Source: Owenia fusiformis (taxonomy: Eukaryota). Taken from it: a stretch of 64,000 nucleotides of DNA. The stretch covers positions 44,578,001-44,642,000 of the forward strand of contig CAIIXF020000001.1 in the NCBI GenBank assembly GCA_903813345.2, given 5' to 3'. The notes below the pieces were generated by a model. The model ran no database searches. It worked only from the letters and a program-made list of their open reading frames with translations, and was not told the DNA's origin. Below, piece after piece: positions 49,795 through 64,000 of this stretch. Within the stretch, counting starts at the first letter, position 1, and each line of letters begins with the position of its first letter. Both the position numbers and the translations under genes were made by a program.

Positions 49795-52031
49795 CTAGGA
49801 CTGTCTGCAATTCAAAAAGTTGTAGATGACCTCGCGAATGACTTTGAAATATGTTATGAGGACTTTCTAGCGGAAAAGGCCAAAAACTCTTTAGAATCCT
49901 AAAATTTAGGAACTGAACTATGAAGCCAATCATTTTGCTAACGTAACGCCTTTCCTTAAATTATCAATTTGTTGTAGTATTTATAGGCAGATGAGACACG
50001 TATCTCCATTTTCATGGCTGTTGTACGATGTTAATAACAATTCACATTGTAAGACGTACATTGAGCTGGACTAATATACTTCTCACAATTGAATGAATTT
50101 GCTAATGTTTTGTACAAGCTTTTTTTAACAAACGTATTCAATCTTTCTTTATCTCGCTGTTTTGTTCGTTCATTGTTTCAGGATTTAAGCCCTGGACTCA
50201 GTGCATTATGGACTGATCAATCCTTTACTGTGTTATTTCAAACTCCGCACGAGATGCGTAGCATCGAGTGCTAAGTTTAGGAAATAAGGCCTGGGTGGAA
50301 TTAATCAGCTACAATCCATTGCGTCTTGGGCTTAAATTCTTTTCACACATTGCAAAACAATATACAGTATCACTTAAAATATGGCGAAATGGCTTATACA
50401 AAGAACATTTTGCGAGGTCCAGCTTGTGATGTTTTTCTCATTATATTGATCATATATTGATCTTTGGGTGACATCAATATTTATCACCTCTTGCGACCAG
50501 TCTACCTTTGAAGCTCTAGCCTACTATCTGTTCCGTCGCCTGTGGTTTTGGAGTTGGAGCCTTGCCTTCACTGATGCCGTTTTACCCTACAAATATTGGT
50601 GATCAATAATGTTAAATGGTCTAGGATATTGTCAGCAAAAAATTTTAATTGACAAACACAGTTCACTTCATTTTAGCAGAACTTCGATAGGCCTATACCC
50701 GGTACTAAGTTACCCAAGCATGTCTTAATGGGACAAAATGGCAATGTGGGGCAAATGACCCATCGAAATATACTTTTGAACAATAACAATATGGCTCTTC
50801 AAAAGTCACATCATCGAATTATGAAATTTCCGCCACCTTCTCCACCGCCCTTTTAACTTAGCATCGTCTTGTCTTTTGTAAGAGGTAATTCTACTTTTCA
50901 CTCTCTTTTTTGCAAATTACCCCTCCAACGAAAAATCTCTAAAAAATCCGGCAACAATAGAGAATCGTTTTGAATTAACATTTTCATAGTGTATCATATG
51001 CATATTTATTCTTTATTTGGCAAAATTTCGAACTTCAGATATTAGGGAAATCAAAATGATGTATATTTAAAAATCCACAGGGCAGTGGGGCAAAACGGCC
51101 CGACAAAGGTTATAACACACCAAAATTTTAATAGACTTTCAAATATAACATTCAACATTTGATTTTTACCTTATTTCCTTCTGACACCATATTAAATTAC
51201 TAGTATTATCATGGGCTTTCGGGGATTAAGAATACTTTATCTTTCTAATGTTTCGTCTGAGATGAGATGTGTGTGGACGAGTCTTGTGATTGATTAATCT
51301 TGGTTTTAAAACCCATGTCACTGAGGATGGGCAATTTTGCCCCACCCTTGGGTCGCTTTGCTCCACAGTCTATGATTATTTTTGACCACTGGAAAATCCC
51401 AGAACATAGTCACTTAGGCAAGTATGAAGCACTCGGAAAATGTAAACCACAACCTATTGATAAAGTGGAACATCAAAGTTTGCGCTGATTGCAGACAGAT
51501 AAGAAAATACCCCATACAGAACAAGTTAAAATTTGAATTTTAGGGCCGTTTTGCCCCATTTTCTCGACCGCCATTGACCTTCACAATCACTTACTTTGGA
51601 AGTATAAAGAGCTATCAGGACAGGCTCGTAGCCAGGGGGGTAGGTGGAGGGAGCGGCCACTCCCACTGGTCAGAAATTCTTTCAACATCGTGCAGTTTTC
51701 ACCATTCTTGGGGGCGTCTTAGCATTTTCGCATGATTTTTTTCCCAAAAATTTTCAAAAAGCTCCACCTCCTTGGTAAAACCGCCCCTCAAATAAAATTG
51801 AAAGCAGTATGTATGGCAGGTCCAGACCCCCGGTCAGATGAAAGGTTTAATTCATAATCATAACGCATAGGTCCAGGTTAAACATGTTAAAGTAGTAATT
51901 CAATCATTTAAATCCTGGATTTAAATGTATAGATTACTACATTACTAACCTGGGCCAATGATCAAACGCAATTATCCCGGGAATGTTCTTAATTTATCTT
52001 TTACTCTAGTGTACATCCGGGTACTTTCAAG

Positions 52032-55000
52032 ATGGCACTCGGAGACGAAGTCGCGATTCGCAACGAACCAGAAGCAGAGGTAATTTACTTATACTGTTGC
52101 TGATGATTTCAAATATTGTCGAAGGCAACAACTAGAGAGTGTCAAAATCCTTAATCTGACAAAATTTTGTGACACTTCCGAATGAACTTCTTTTGAAAAA
52201 CTAGCTTGAATGAACTTTTCAGATTTGGTGATAATTTTTTTACGAGAATTTTCGACCTTGATAAATAAAATTCTGTTTCTAAGTTCTCTCATCCAGTCTC
52301 CAAGTTTAGTCTAAAGTTATGGATACGTATTTATTTAGTCAAATCGTATTAGTTTATCAATAGCACGAGAATAATTCCTCAATAACATTTCTGGAAATTA
52401 TAATATGAATGTTTATGAGCCAATCATCTAGCCCAGGGGGGTGTAATGTCGACACCATTTTGTGGCAACTTCGACATGTGGTGTAACATCGACTTTGATT
52501 TTAGTTTTTCAAGAAATCAAACAGGGCAGAAAACAGAAATTCTACTTCTAATAAGTAGGTATCAAAGTTACCCCGTCTCTTATGTCAACATTAAATTCTA
52601 ATTTTTTATTCTGGGAACCAGTTCATATGATTAAAATAACGAAATGATGTGATGTAACCAAATAATCTTCTTACCAGTATGTTTATGCTATCCATCGGAC
52701 TCTGTGAATTGTGGAACTCCGCCAAACACGACAATGAAGGCAACAACATATCAATATTGATCTTAGCCGAATTCTTTTAAATTTAGATCATCCATTTTGC
52801 CAGTCACATGTCTGATCACGTGTCTAGTCAAAACCTGAAATCATGTGACTTTTGACGTGTCACTCAACCATGTCTTTAAAGAAAGATATTAATTTATTAG
52901 AAAATGGTTTTCGGACATCTGCTACTGAATATAAATGAAAATATTCCAAGATATCGATAGTGTAAATTGAAACGGTACACATAAAATGATGAAAAACAAC
53001 GAACTAAAGTTGAAACAATCGCAACGTTTGCTACTTTGTTCAATTTCAATAACCTCAGATTACTGCCTTCAGTGTCTTGTTTAGCTGAGTTTCACAATTT
53101 ACATAGTCCGATAGATAGCATACTGGTAAGTAGATACATTGTTACATCACATCATTTCATAAATTTAACCATATGAACTGGTTCCCGGAATAAAAAAATT
53201 GAGTGTACCCCAAACGTCTCCAGTTGGATAAACAGTTGGATAAATTCTCCACATACTGATACAACTTGTTGAAATTTAGATCGTCCATAATGCCAGTCAC
53301 GTGTCTAGTTATTACTGTCACATGACTTGTGACGTGTCGCTCAACCATGTATTCAAAGAAAGTTATAAATTTATTAGAAAATGGCTTTCAGACATCTGCT
53401 ACTGAATCCACAAGCAAAAATTTCAAGATAAGGATGTCAAATATTGTGGGAAAGGCCACTGAAACTACTGACTATTTAAAATCTACTTTATTCAAGATAT
53501 TACTCTAGGAGACTCATTGATTTTATGAATCATAAAGACCTGAAATGATGCATTGAAATAAGGCCAAACAAAAATATATGTCAGTTTCCGGAACCCTGAC
53601 CGACCCTAATTTCAACCCCCGACCCTAACACATTTTTTAGTATACTGTAAATTAAAATATTCTATCTCTGCCCCTACTCGATTGAAACAATACATTTCCT
53701 TCTGAAATATTTTACTCACATCAGGTCCAGGTGTCCATATTTCTCATACTCTGGAACATTTGCAGTTATATTATCGCTAGGGCCCCCAAAACGCATGAAA
53801 CAGAGGAAATATTGTTTATTTTCTTAAAAAGTTGGTCATTTTTGCTCTTCAAAATAGAGACCCACACTCAACTCCCAGAGGGATCTAGCAATTGCTTCAG
53901 ATCTTCAAAATAGAGTCCAGAAATATAAAAAACAGATTTCAAAATAAACTTATAACTACCAAGTTGTTTATTTAGTTCAATATCTGAAGATTTCAAGTAA
54001 GTATTGATCAAAATGATCGTAGACTGCATGATGAATTAAGGTCTCATGGTAGTTAACAGCAAATGACAAAACAGGAGATGACAAAAAACAGAAGATAACA
54101 TATTTTTCTGATTGACCTACCTTAAAAAAAATTGAGTAAAATTTTTATGAAAAATAAAATAATCATCCTACCTACCTACCCTAATCTGAAAATACGTGGA
54201 GCAGGAAACAGACATATATTTTTGTTTGGCCTAAGTAAAATAAAACGCTACACATAAAGTGGTAAAAAACAACGAACTAAAGTTGAAAGACCTCAACGTG
54301 CGCGTCTTTGTTCAATTCAGGAAATCTAGAAATGAATTTTTTTATCGTTTACTGGTAAATAGATACATGGTTAACAATATCGCATCATTTCCTTGTTTTT
54401 ACTGTATGAATTTCTTCCAAACATTTAAAATTTTACTGTTGATAGTTAGCTCTGGTGTTATCTCTTGTTTTGATATTCATATTACGTAATACACATTAGA
54501 TTCATCATACTGACTCCCTGCTTAAGTCGAATAACTCACATTTGACCAGTATCAAAGCAGTTATTGTTAATAACTGCAAGTCATTCTGTAGATTTGGTAT
54601 GAATTGTCACATTGGTTTCTAAATAGGCTGTACTCGTTTTAGTGTATATCAGGGTTTTTAAGCATGGTATTATTGTGAGGCGGTGAGTAAGTCTATCAAA
54701 CCTAAATAATTTATTAATTCAGTGAACAGTACCCCAAGTTCAGATAACTACAGATTACGTTATTGTTCATGAACTGCAAAACTGTGGAAGAGTAATTTAC
54801 ATAATGTTTTTTTTGTTGGTGCTTTCAGCCAGAAGAGGATGATGACGATGATGACGAATTAGAGGTGAGTTTTGCTCTTTGATACAAGAGAATCGTTTTG
54901 TTGCATTTTACTGCCTTAATACCCATAAACATTTTTGTTGGATACTTTGATATAATGCGCACACTTTAATTTAACTTTACATTCACCATATTACTTCTTT

Positions 55001-56228
55001 AATGGTATTTTAACATTTTGAAATAAGAATGATAATTCAAACATACTGTTTAGGGATACATAAATTATGGGTTATATGCTGCTACACCAAAGTTTTTGAC
55101 AAAAAATTGTGTGGGGTACTTCAAAATATTTGATGCTCAATCAGTTGTCTTGTGAAAGAAGTAATGATAGACACATAACATTCATTTAAAACATAATTTG
55201 TGTAATACGGATAAAAAATCAAGTACTAAGATGAAAGTATCCATGGTGAAATTTGTTAATTAAGGAGCACAAGCAATAAATATCTTTGCCTAGTTTCTCT
55301 GTAGCAAAGTCCAAAGTTAAAATATTTTTGTTTTTTCTAGGACCCCCAAGAAACTTTAAAAGAGACATGTCAACAAACTGCAGCATGCCAAGCCTTTGCA
55401 GCAGAGTTGCAGGTCTGCAATGATCGGGTGAATAATCGCAGTAAAACAGAAGAGAACTGTATGCAGGAAGTGTTTGACTTTGTACATTGTGTAGATCATT
55501 GTGTAAGTAGCTATAGCATATACATAGTTGCATACCACACTGTTGTTGTATTCTAAGATTGGCTGAACCCATGATGACTCTGACCTTAAAACATTTCAAA
55601 ATTAAAATATTCAGAATGGTCTGTGACTTCATTGCACCATTAATAATTTAAAAATTAAATTATTAAAAATAAATTAATCACCATTTATAGAGTCTATGAG
55701 ATGCACTCATCAGTCATAGATATTCCTGAAAATGTGTGTTTTGTTGTAGTGTAAGATAAAAATTACAATGATTTTATTTGTTTTGGGGTTAAGTCACTTA
55801 AATTAAAAACAGGTTATTTCTTAAATTTCCAATGTCATATGTTATTGGCTTTTTCTTTTATCTTTACAAATGATCAAAAAAAGTTCATATTAATAAAGAA
55901 AATAGCCTAACTATTTCATCTGTTTTAAAAAAGGAAGAGTTAACATGACATATTTGAATTCAGTTTTTACCTGAAGACTTGCCCATACATATATTTTGAA
56001 TCACTTATATACTAGTTTATAGTGAATACCTATGGAGCCACAAAATTTGTTCACTGTAGGTAGGGGTTCACTGCAGAGGTAGTTTAATACAGAACTCGGG
56101 GGAGTATGTACTGAGAAGGGGTGTTCGCTAGACAAGCTTTACTGTATTACTAGTATGTATTTTTGACTAAATGTGTTTCTGTTTTCTATTTTCAGGTAGG
56201 GAAAGAATTATTCAAGCATGTAAAGTAA
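52032..56228 (+). CDS. UQCRH: Cytochrome b-c1 complex subunit 6 (hinge protein), 92 aa, 4 exons
   Basis: Exons 52032-52079, 54829-54864, 55341-55502, 56196-56228, all phase 0. Acidic N-terminus PEEDDDDDDELE, then DPQETLKETC...CNDRVNNRSKTEENCMQEVFDFVHCVDHCVGKELFKHVK; AATAAA at 56358 and 56643. Absent from the ORF track because the exons are short. Confidence 0.94.
53562..54231. mobile_element. PIF/Harbinger-type MITE in UQCRH intron 1
   Basis: TAA|GGCCAAACAAAAATATATGTC ... GACATATATTTTTGTTTGGCC|TAA: perfect 21-bp TIR and 3-bp TSD. It lies within an older duplicated segment (52780-53040 versus 53270-53430 plus 54235-54320). Confidence 0.88.
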
Positions 56229-59200
56229 CACAAACACTTTTAGGAAATATTTAAATATAGCATTTTACATCAGACTTTGTATATACGATTGAAGGAAAGC
56301 AGTTGATGATTTTGCCATGATTAGAGAACAACCTACACAACTTATGATTTCGAACCAATAAAAGCCTTCAAATGGACCATATCGCTTTCATCATTCTAAT
56401 GGAATAAGACAATATGATTATCATTCACCATGGAAGAGATTCATGTTTACATTTCAAATTTATCACATTGCTTAGTCTGGAATTTTGATTGAATTTCAAT
56501 GTAGAACATATAGCACATAACTTTTGGAGTGTAATTAGAGTTCAATGTCATGTGAAAAAGTTAACTTTATTTACAATTGTAGTAGGAAATTGATTTTGTG
56601 AATGTCATGCTGTAGCACTACATTATACTGTAATGCAACATGAATAAACAATGTTATTGAAAAAATTGGTTTCTTTTTTGTGTTATGAGCTCAATTGTTA
56701 AGATCCCTCAAGACAGCATATACAGGTGTCAGACTGTTAATATACTGGGGTTCTGGATAGGGAGTTTAGCTTGAGCAAAAATCTGTACCTCAACTGATAT
56801 CTGAGTATAATATAGACCTGGATGTCTTGGCCAACTGATACATATTAGGCTTCACTTTATCTCGCCTGAATACCATTTATTTAGAGGATGTAAAGTAGAC
56901 AGTATAAATGTTTAAAGTGCAGTGCAGGATGTCCCAAAATAGGACAGAGACGTATGGAATAACTCAGTGATGAAGGAATGTTCTTAAAATTAGTCCTCTT
57001 ACTGGGAATTTATTTATCATAAACATTTGATAGTTTCACTAAGTAACTTGTTTTAAAGAGAAGCTTGTTGGAGCACCATCACCCATTTTTATGTCGCCAT
57101 AAGAAGTGGTAACCTATTGTTATAGTCTCCAACATTTTTGAGGTGCCAGTTGGTGTCCGGCATCTATAACAAATGGCAGTTGGGGACAATTTGCATGTTT
57201 ATGGCATGTCTTTCAATGAAGTTTTAACTGGTTACTAATTTGATGTGTTTTGATGGAGAAGAGTTATTCCTGTTTCATTCGGGTACAATTCTTTTTAGGA
57301 TACCCAGTATATAGATTATTGTTGATTACCCACAAACTAACATCAACATCTTATGATGCTCAGACCAACTAATTTACTTTGCCTTAGCATTCTATAGGGG
57401 GCCGATAAAAAGCCCTGCTCTGTGATCTATCTTGTTACTAGATAACAAGTTATGATATTGGTGAACTCGCCAGAAATTAACATAATATTATTTGAAGCGT
57501 CTTCAGAATATAACATACAACGAAGGAGTAAGTTAATCTGAAATATAATTATGTTTTGAGACAACATCGAAATATTGACCTGGTCTCCATCATGTCCATG
57601 GCTGTTTAGCTTTCCGACATTAGAAATGAAAACACAGGAGTCACACCTTTAAAAGCCTGTTATTTCCGTTTTATTTCTACAGCAAATATACATACAATTC
57701 TCATATACAATTTTTGAAATTGTAATATGGGTTAAAATGTTTTCACCCCATTGTAAACATGGATACAAATAATGTGAAAATGAATACTTATACAAATGAG
57801 TGTAAAGCGACAAAAACATATACATATATAGCACAATATACAGATTTCGATATTCATTTACATAAGCCGCTTTATAACCACTGTTATAATCTTATGTAAG
57901 CATAAACAGATATAAAACTACAATTTGTGTTTGACACAAAATACCTTAATATAGGCACCCATGGTGCACTTTCAGTCACATAATAAAGCTACTTCTAGTC
58001 TAGTGAAAATTAATTACAAATGATGTCATTTTTATGACATAGAATTGTTACTACATGATGTCAATTAATAATGGTACTAGGTTTGTCATGAGTACTGGGC
58101 AAACAAATAGGGGACAATAGCCAACTGACTACACTGCCATCTTTTTATGTGCCCAATAACCATCAGTTCTGTGATAGTTACATTTATGATAATTATCTAT
58201 CTACTGCAATAGTTTATAATACATTCTTGTACACTGTAGTTCCTATCATTCTGAGGGTATGATAGCTCCAAGGTTCTTTATGCTCTTTATCTACCTTTTG
58301 ACACTTCTTACAAAAATTTCTCAATTATCCGGATGCATTTGTCTTTGATTGACGGACTTCATTTTTTAAACTTCTTGACGTTGAATAGGTTTAAGAACAT
58401 CAGTAAATTGTGACAATCAAGATGTGTGAGTATTACCATTTACACAGAATTGTGAAAAGTATCTAGAATTCATAATAATATCACACAAACTAACCTTCCC
58501 TAACATTGTCCCAGTCATTTCCTGAAAATAACATTAAATAGTCCATGAACTAAAACAATATTTGCACAGATTTATTTCCCTAATCAGACATAGCTGATTC
58601 CTTCGTACTTAGAAAACACACTAAATCCATAACAACATAAAAAGGTGCAGCTATTGAAAGCTTTGTGTAAACAATAATAAATCTTGCAATACTTGTGAGT
58701 AATAAGGAACACACTCCAATCATGCTAAGAAAGCAAAAGCGACACATGCAATTCGAAAAACAACCCTCTCAACACAGATTCACACATACATGTATATAAC
58801 ATTTCAGAATTAAATCAAGTGTTCAAAATAAAAATAAAATGTCATAACACGATACATGTATATACTTGTATATCTACATGTATATTTGTTTGGATGAAAT
58901 ATGGGACCAAACATATTTGGGACCTTTTCATTAATGAATGTAACGAAGAAATGATAAATACTAAAATACAAGTGCACTTGTTTGCAGTTCACTATGCTCA
59001 ATAATTATGCGTATCTCTTTATAAAGTATATTGTCTTTTACTACTACTTATTTTCAACAAATAATTAGTAGTTACACACACTATACACTGTCCAGTTTTT
59101 ACACACAAATTGCTTTTGTACTTTGAGTGTATTATGAAATTTGGTTCAGTTCAACCATCATATATTTTAAGTGTTGCACCATTCAATAAATCATAAAACA

Positions 59201-59293
59201 ATGCTATACCATAAAGTATCCTGTCTGTCACTTGAAGCCAGTATAGATTTCAAATGAATTACAATTTACAGTTCGAGGTGAATGGGATTAACA

Positions 59294-62200
59294 TTACTTA
59301 AAGTTAGCGTATGTGTCAAATGAATCCATATACTCTAGCGCCATCTCATGCAAGAACTTGTACTGATTCTGAAATAAAAAAAAACATTTTAAAGAGTTAT
59401 GTCAAATGTCCATCATCATTTTACATTTTTACCCCGATAATTTCTTTTCCAAATTACTGCACAATATAAATGTGTTAATACCGGTGTGTTGTATGGTTGT
59501 ACTATGTGAGTCAAGTCCATGGTTGTTTTGTTTCGAAAATCTCCAATTGGTTGTTACCATGTATTTAAACATGTGTTTGGAGTTCATTATTTGGCAATTA
59601 TTATAATAGTCTCCTATTTTGTAACTGCTTTACTCAATGATTTAATATATTTGAATTGCAATAAAGAAGATTGGAATGTGAGTGTTTTCAGAACTTTCCT
59701 CTACAAATGATCCATTTATATCTATTTGTTCTATTCAACTTAGTTTATTATTCGTCAATCTTTTACACAATACATGAAATTTACATTTTCAATAATATTT
59801 CTTATCATTCAAACATAAGCATTTATGTGTTCATACATACCATATCAGAGATCACCTGTGGCCTATGTGTTCTAAGATGTCTGACAGCCTGGAATATGTC
59901 CACCTCTTGTTCTACACGTAGTTGTTCACATATGTAGTCCACTGCACAGTATAGGCCACTCCTTGTAGCTCCATCCCTAACAAAACAAAAACAAGGCATT
60001 AACATGACAAAATGTCACCACCTAGTTGCTCATAATATTATGAGTTCAATCCTAGTCAGATTTGAACTGCTGAGAACTTCTACATAATACCTTTTTGACG
60101 TTTTTACCTTGAGAAGGTCAGTTAGGGTCAAGTCTTAAATCTAAAAATCAAATTTGAATTTTTGAGATCTTGTAGATGATTTTTAAAAAGAAATTGAAGC
60201 AAGTTGAAAAAAGACCTTTTTTACCTTGAGAAGGTCATTGAAGGTCAAATTTCAAATCTAAAGTCAGATTTGAAATTCTGAGATCGTGAAGATGATTTTG
60301 AAAAAATAAATTGGTCAATTTGAAACAAGTTGAAAAAAGACCCTTCAACCTTTTATTGACCTTGAGAAGGTCATTGAAGCTCAAATCTAAAGTCAGATTT
60401 GAACTTCTGAGAACTTGTAGATGATTTTGAAAAATTTGAAGTCAGTTTAAACAGTATTTGTTAAGTTATTGGAAGTTTTTAGAATTTGTTACAGACGCCG
60501 GATGCCGGAGAAACATGCAAGGCAGTCCATCCAGAGAATATAAAACAAAATACACAAATATAAAATAAATAATAATAATAAACATCCAATCAGGCTCCAA
60601 AGTTTTACAGAAAAATATTCACAAACACAATTTTTCATATGTAACATGATAAGAAGCGCTAACAACTTACATGCAATGGATTGTGATTGGTCCAGTATTA
60701 CTAGTTTTCTGGTGCCATCTTTCAACAAGATTCATAACTGCAACAACACTGCTCTTGGATGAGGGCAAATCGTCTTCCTTTTGCCAACATGTAAGCTGGA
60801 ACTGCACTATTTCTGAGGAAACAGTAGACTGTAAAAGAAAAGTTACATGAGGTTTGTGGACTTCTCATTACCTGTTCATTTCTGATGAAAGATTAAAAAA
60901 CCCTAAGTGCATGTAAGAATACATCACTTGTATAAAGCTAACTGTAAAAAAACATACTACAGTGGCTCCATGTGCACAAAGAATCCAAATTAGAATATTA
61001 CATAAAAATCCACCCTATATGGTATACTAAATCTTCATGCATTTCAATCTGTCCATTTGAAATTTTTAGTTCACCCCATCTTTTGTTTTTAATGTGCTTC
61101 TATGAAGACAGTAAGATTTGTTGACTAACCCCATTGTTGTGCGTCAGCTGGAAGTGCCGTTCTGTAATATTTGGCTGTGATTGGTCAATGGATGTTAGTT
61201 GAACTGTGAATGCACCAAAAATTTGGCTGGCTCCAACCTCTTCAGGCCAGTAGGCGTTACAAGTCTGAGATAATAAATTACAAAAAATAACACACATACT
61301 TATATATTTTCAAGCAATTATCACAAATAAGCAATAGATATGTATACTTAGGAGAATTTTCCCCAAAAATGTCTCTAACAGCCATCAAACAGAATAATGC
61401 AAATTGTATATATAGTATTTAAGTAAAAAATTAGCAAAAAAGATAAATACTCTGGTTTAAAATCTTTTTTGACTTTTTGAATCATAAAGTTGGACCCCCG
61501 TGGAAAGGATAAGATTTTTTGTCAATTAAATTAACTGGTATATTATTGGCTAAACCTTATCATTTACTTTCTGAGGTGTATCACTTTGAATTATTATCCT
61601 ACAGTACATCTACAAAGTTACAGTTGATTAAAGTTCCTTCTAAAAATTACACATACCATATCATTCTTGTCGAGCATGTTCACCATTACGATAATGCTGC
61701 TATGGTGATCATACATCATGCGCCAGAAGTCTCCTGCAGTCTCATCCAATGGCATTTGAGTTAAAATGTAAGCATCTTTTGTCCGGTAACCCTAGCAGCA
61801 TACAACAACAACAATACCAGTCAATAAACAAATGGAGGTGATACAGATAATGACCCTGATCTAGATTTTAAATTAGTTTTTCTGTCAATATTTAAAGAAT
61901 TACTATAAAGTACTTTTAAGATACCAAGTGAGTTGATATTAAAAATCCATTTTGAGGCTTGTTTCTTTGAACGTGAAAATGTGATACATACGTAAACATA
62001 TACTGCATTTATGTAATCAGTACCGCCATCTACAGTAGATATATAAGGACGATATCGATCACTCGGGATTATTTCATTTGACCGATTTTTATCCATGTTG
62101 TCTGGCAAGAATCCAGATGATGATTCCGGTGGCTCAGAATCCTCACATAATTTTTCAAGAAGCTGAAAAGAAAAAGTTTTAGTATTAATATTCAGATATT

Positions 62201-62711
62201 TGTTCTAGGATATAAAATTACAAACATGTCTACGATACATTAACAATTAAATTTTCTTATTAATAAGAAGAAAGGCTCTATACAAGATTATTGGTATGCA
62301 AACATTTCCAAAGAGAGTAGTAATTCTTTTTTATTTATTTAGTTATATAAAATAAATGTACATGGGGTAATATAGTAAATACAAGAGAGCATATTCAAGT
62401 GCTAATCACCATTTTGGCATTATAAGCACTCTAGCCTAGCGGGGAAAAAGTTGAAGAGGGGTGGAAGGGGGGGGGGTCTGAGCTGGGCTGGGACTGGGGG
62501 AAATACAGGACAGAGAGTAGTAATCGACCCTTGAATAGCTGCATTTACTCATACTTCTCACCTCAAATTGCTCCTGGAGAATAGATTTATCTTTATCAGG
62601 GGCAATCTCCAACATGGTGTTGTATTTCTGACGGAAGTCTGGGCATGGGAGAACAGTATCTCCACATAGTACAGCTTCCAATATGGCATCATAGACAAAT
62701 ATATACTGATC
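59294..62711 (-). CDS. Receptor-type protein tyrosine phosphatase, 3' part (end of D1 and complete D2 domain); gene continues beyond the window end
   Basis: Minus-strand exons 62711-62562, 62162-61992, 61791-61657, 61264-61130, 60828-60671, 59976-59841, 59368-59294 (TAA). Motifs QYIFVYDAILE, NMDKNR, DYINAV, YILTQMPL..T..DFWRM, IVMVN, YWP, GPITIHCMDGATRSG, VDIFQAVRHLR, QYKFL, C-terminus FDTYANFK. Confidence 0.93.
59989..60510 (+). mobile_element. Second copy of the 4539-5290 repeat family, in a phosphatase intron
   Basis: Direct sequence similarity at both ends (start motif above; AGTATTTGTTAAGTTATTGGAAGTT..AGAATTTGTTACAGAC). Confidence 0.75.
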
Positions 62712-62824
62712 CTAAAACACAAGAATTCATATTTAATAGATTTATATGACATCTTACTTGCACAATCAATAGACTTTTGTATGAGCCTTCTCTCCTCAAA
62801 TATGTATTTCAATGGAGTCCATTT

Positions 62825-64000
62825 GGATAAAGATAACTCTGAAATATGTATTTGAGGGGAGTCCTTAGAAAAAATGTTTTTTGATTAAACAATAAGAGTA
62901 AAACTGTGAGCAACCAATTGGATAAAGATAACTACGAAATATATATTTGACGGGAGTCCTTAAAAAAATGTTTTTTGATTAAAATAAGAGGAACTCCAGC
63001 GTGAGCAACCAATGGGATAAAGATAACTACGAAATATATATTTGACGGGAGTCCTTAAAGGCCCCGTATAAAGTTTAAACCACTTTGGCTTATATTGTAG
63101 TCTTACCCAATGTTATCAAAGTGTGTTATGTGAAACTTTTTTTTTAAATTTCAAAAAGTGGTTTTTGATAGACTTTTTGTTCCAAAATTTGTGAATTTAT
63201 TTAAAACCAACTTTAAGAGGTCACTCATATCTTCTAATTAGCCACAATTCATACCAATGCATAGCATTCATCCTCCCATGTTTTTGCCGAAAAAATTAAG
63301 AAAATCGGTTCATAAATAAGCGAGAAATGAACTTATCAGTGCATGAAAATGGTTCTGAGAAAAATGCATTTCAAAATTTTAGTTCTCATAGAAACCAATG
63401 GTACAATGATATCTAAAACATATTTTATTCTTCCTTTTAACCTGGTTAGACAATCAACATTGGTTTTTTATGAAAGTCTAACATATTTAGAAAAGATTGA
63501 CATCGAAAAAAAAATTTCAATTTTTTTCAAAAAGTTTTTGGTACCTTAGTGACATCACTAATGTTTCAAAATATTTTTGATATGCTAAAACATTGAAGTG
63601 GCCCATTAAATATGGCATTTTATTATTGAAATAATGTGTCCTTTGTTCAATCTTTGCATTGGTGTTAAAAAGATAATCTTTTTTGAAATGCATTAAGAAA
63701 TATTTAATGATTAAGAAATTTAAACTTTTTTTGAAAAATGGCGGGAAATTTGAATATTTGAGAAATGAAATGCTCACAACTTTTTTTTCAAAAAATTTTT
63801 TTGTTCAAAAAGCTCTAAAATCACTTTTTAAGTCCTGACAAATAGTAAATGAATGATAAAAAAATATTTTCAAACTTTAGACGGGGACTTTAAAAAAATG
63901 TTTTTTGATTAAAATAAGAGGAACTCCAGCGTGAGCAACCAATGGGATAAAGATAACTACGAAATATATATTTGACGGGAGTCCTTAAAAAAATGTTTTT
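62825..64000. repeat. 95-bp tandem repeat (at least 4 units) in a phosphatase intron
   Basis: GGATAAAGATAACT unit starts at 62825, 62920, 63015 and 63945 (the third unit is split by the 831-bp insertion). Confidence 0.9.
63059..63889. mobile_element. TTAA-targeting non-autonomous DNA transposon (Kolobok-like) inserted in a tandem repeat unit
   Basis: TTAA|AGGCCCCGTATAAAGTTT ... AAACTTTAGACGGGGACT|TTAA; removal restores the 95-bp unit exactly; a related left end occurs inverted at about 2600-2682. Confidence 0.85.

Overview
AT-rich, intron- and repeat-rich animal genomic DNA, probably a lophotrochozoan invertebrate (inferred from the repeat landscape and gene content; the species cannot be identified). 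All gene models were spliced by hand using GT-AG boundaries and reading phase. Left to right: (1) three tandem six-exon paralogues (A 5727-12046, B 14438-20136, C 24353-29968), each encoding a secreted protein of about 340 aa with signal peptide, short linker, 6-Cys chitin-binding-type-2-like domain and a C-terminal VWA domain whose MIDAS loops carry two conserved cysteines; (2) an intronless secreted C-type lectin; (3) the first five exons of SNX4 on the minus strand (PX domain only, BAR exons not found); (4) intronless Mos kinase; (5) an 11-coding-exon SKICH/coiled-coil/UBZ autophagy receptor of the TAX1BP1/CALCOCO family; (6) UQCRH; (7) the last seven exons of a tandem-domain receptor tyrosine phosphatase on the minus strand. 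Introns and intergenic DNA hold many non-autonomous transposons with visible TIRs and TSDs, LINE and Penelope-like relics, and minisatellites. Most notable: the chitin-binding-before-VWA gene trio with an apparently chimeric middle copy, a tRNA-containing solo-LTR-like insert that splits a Penelope-like RT, and the possibility that all four secreted-protein genes are nested in an SNX4 intron.
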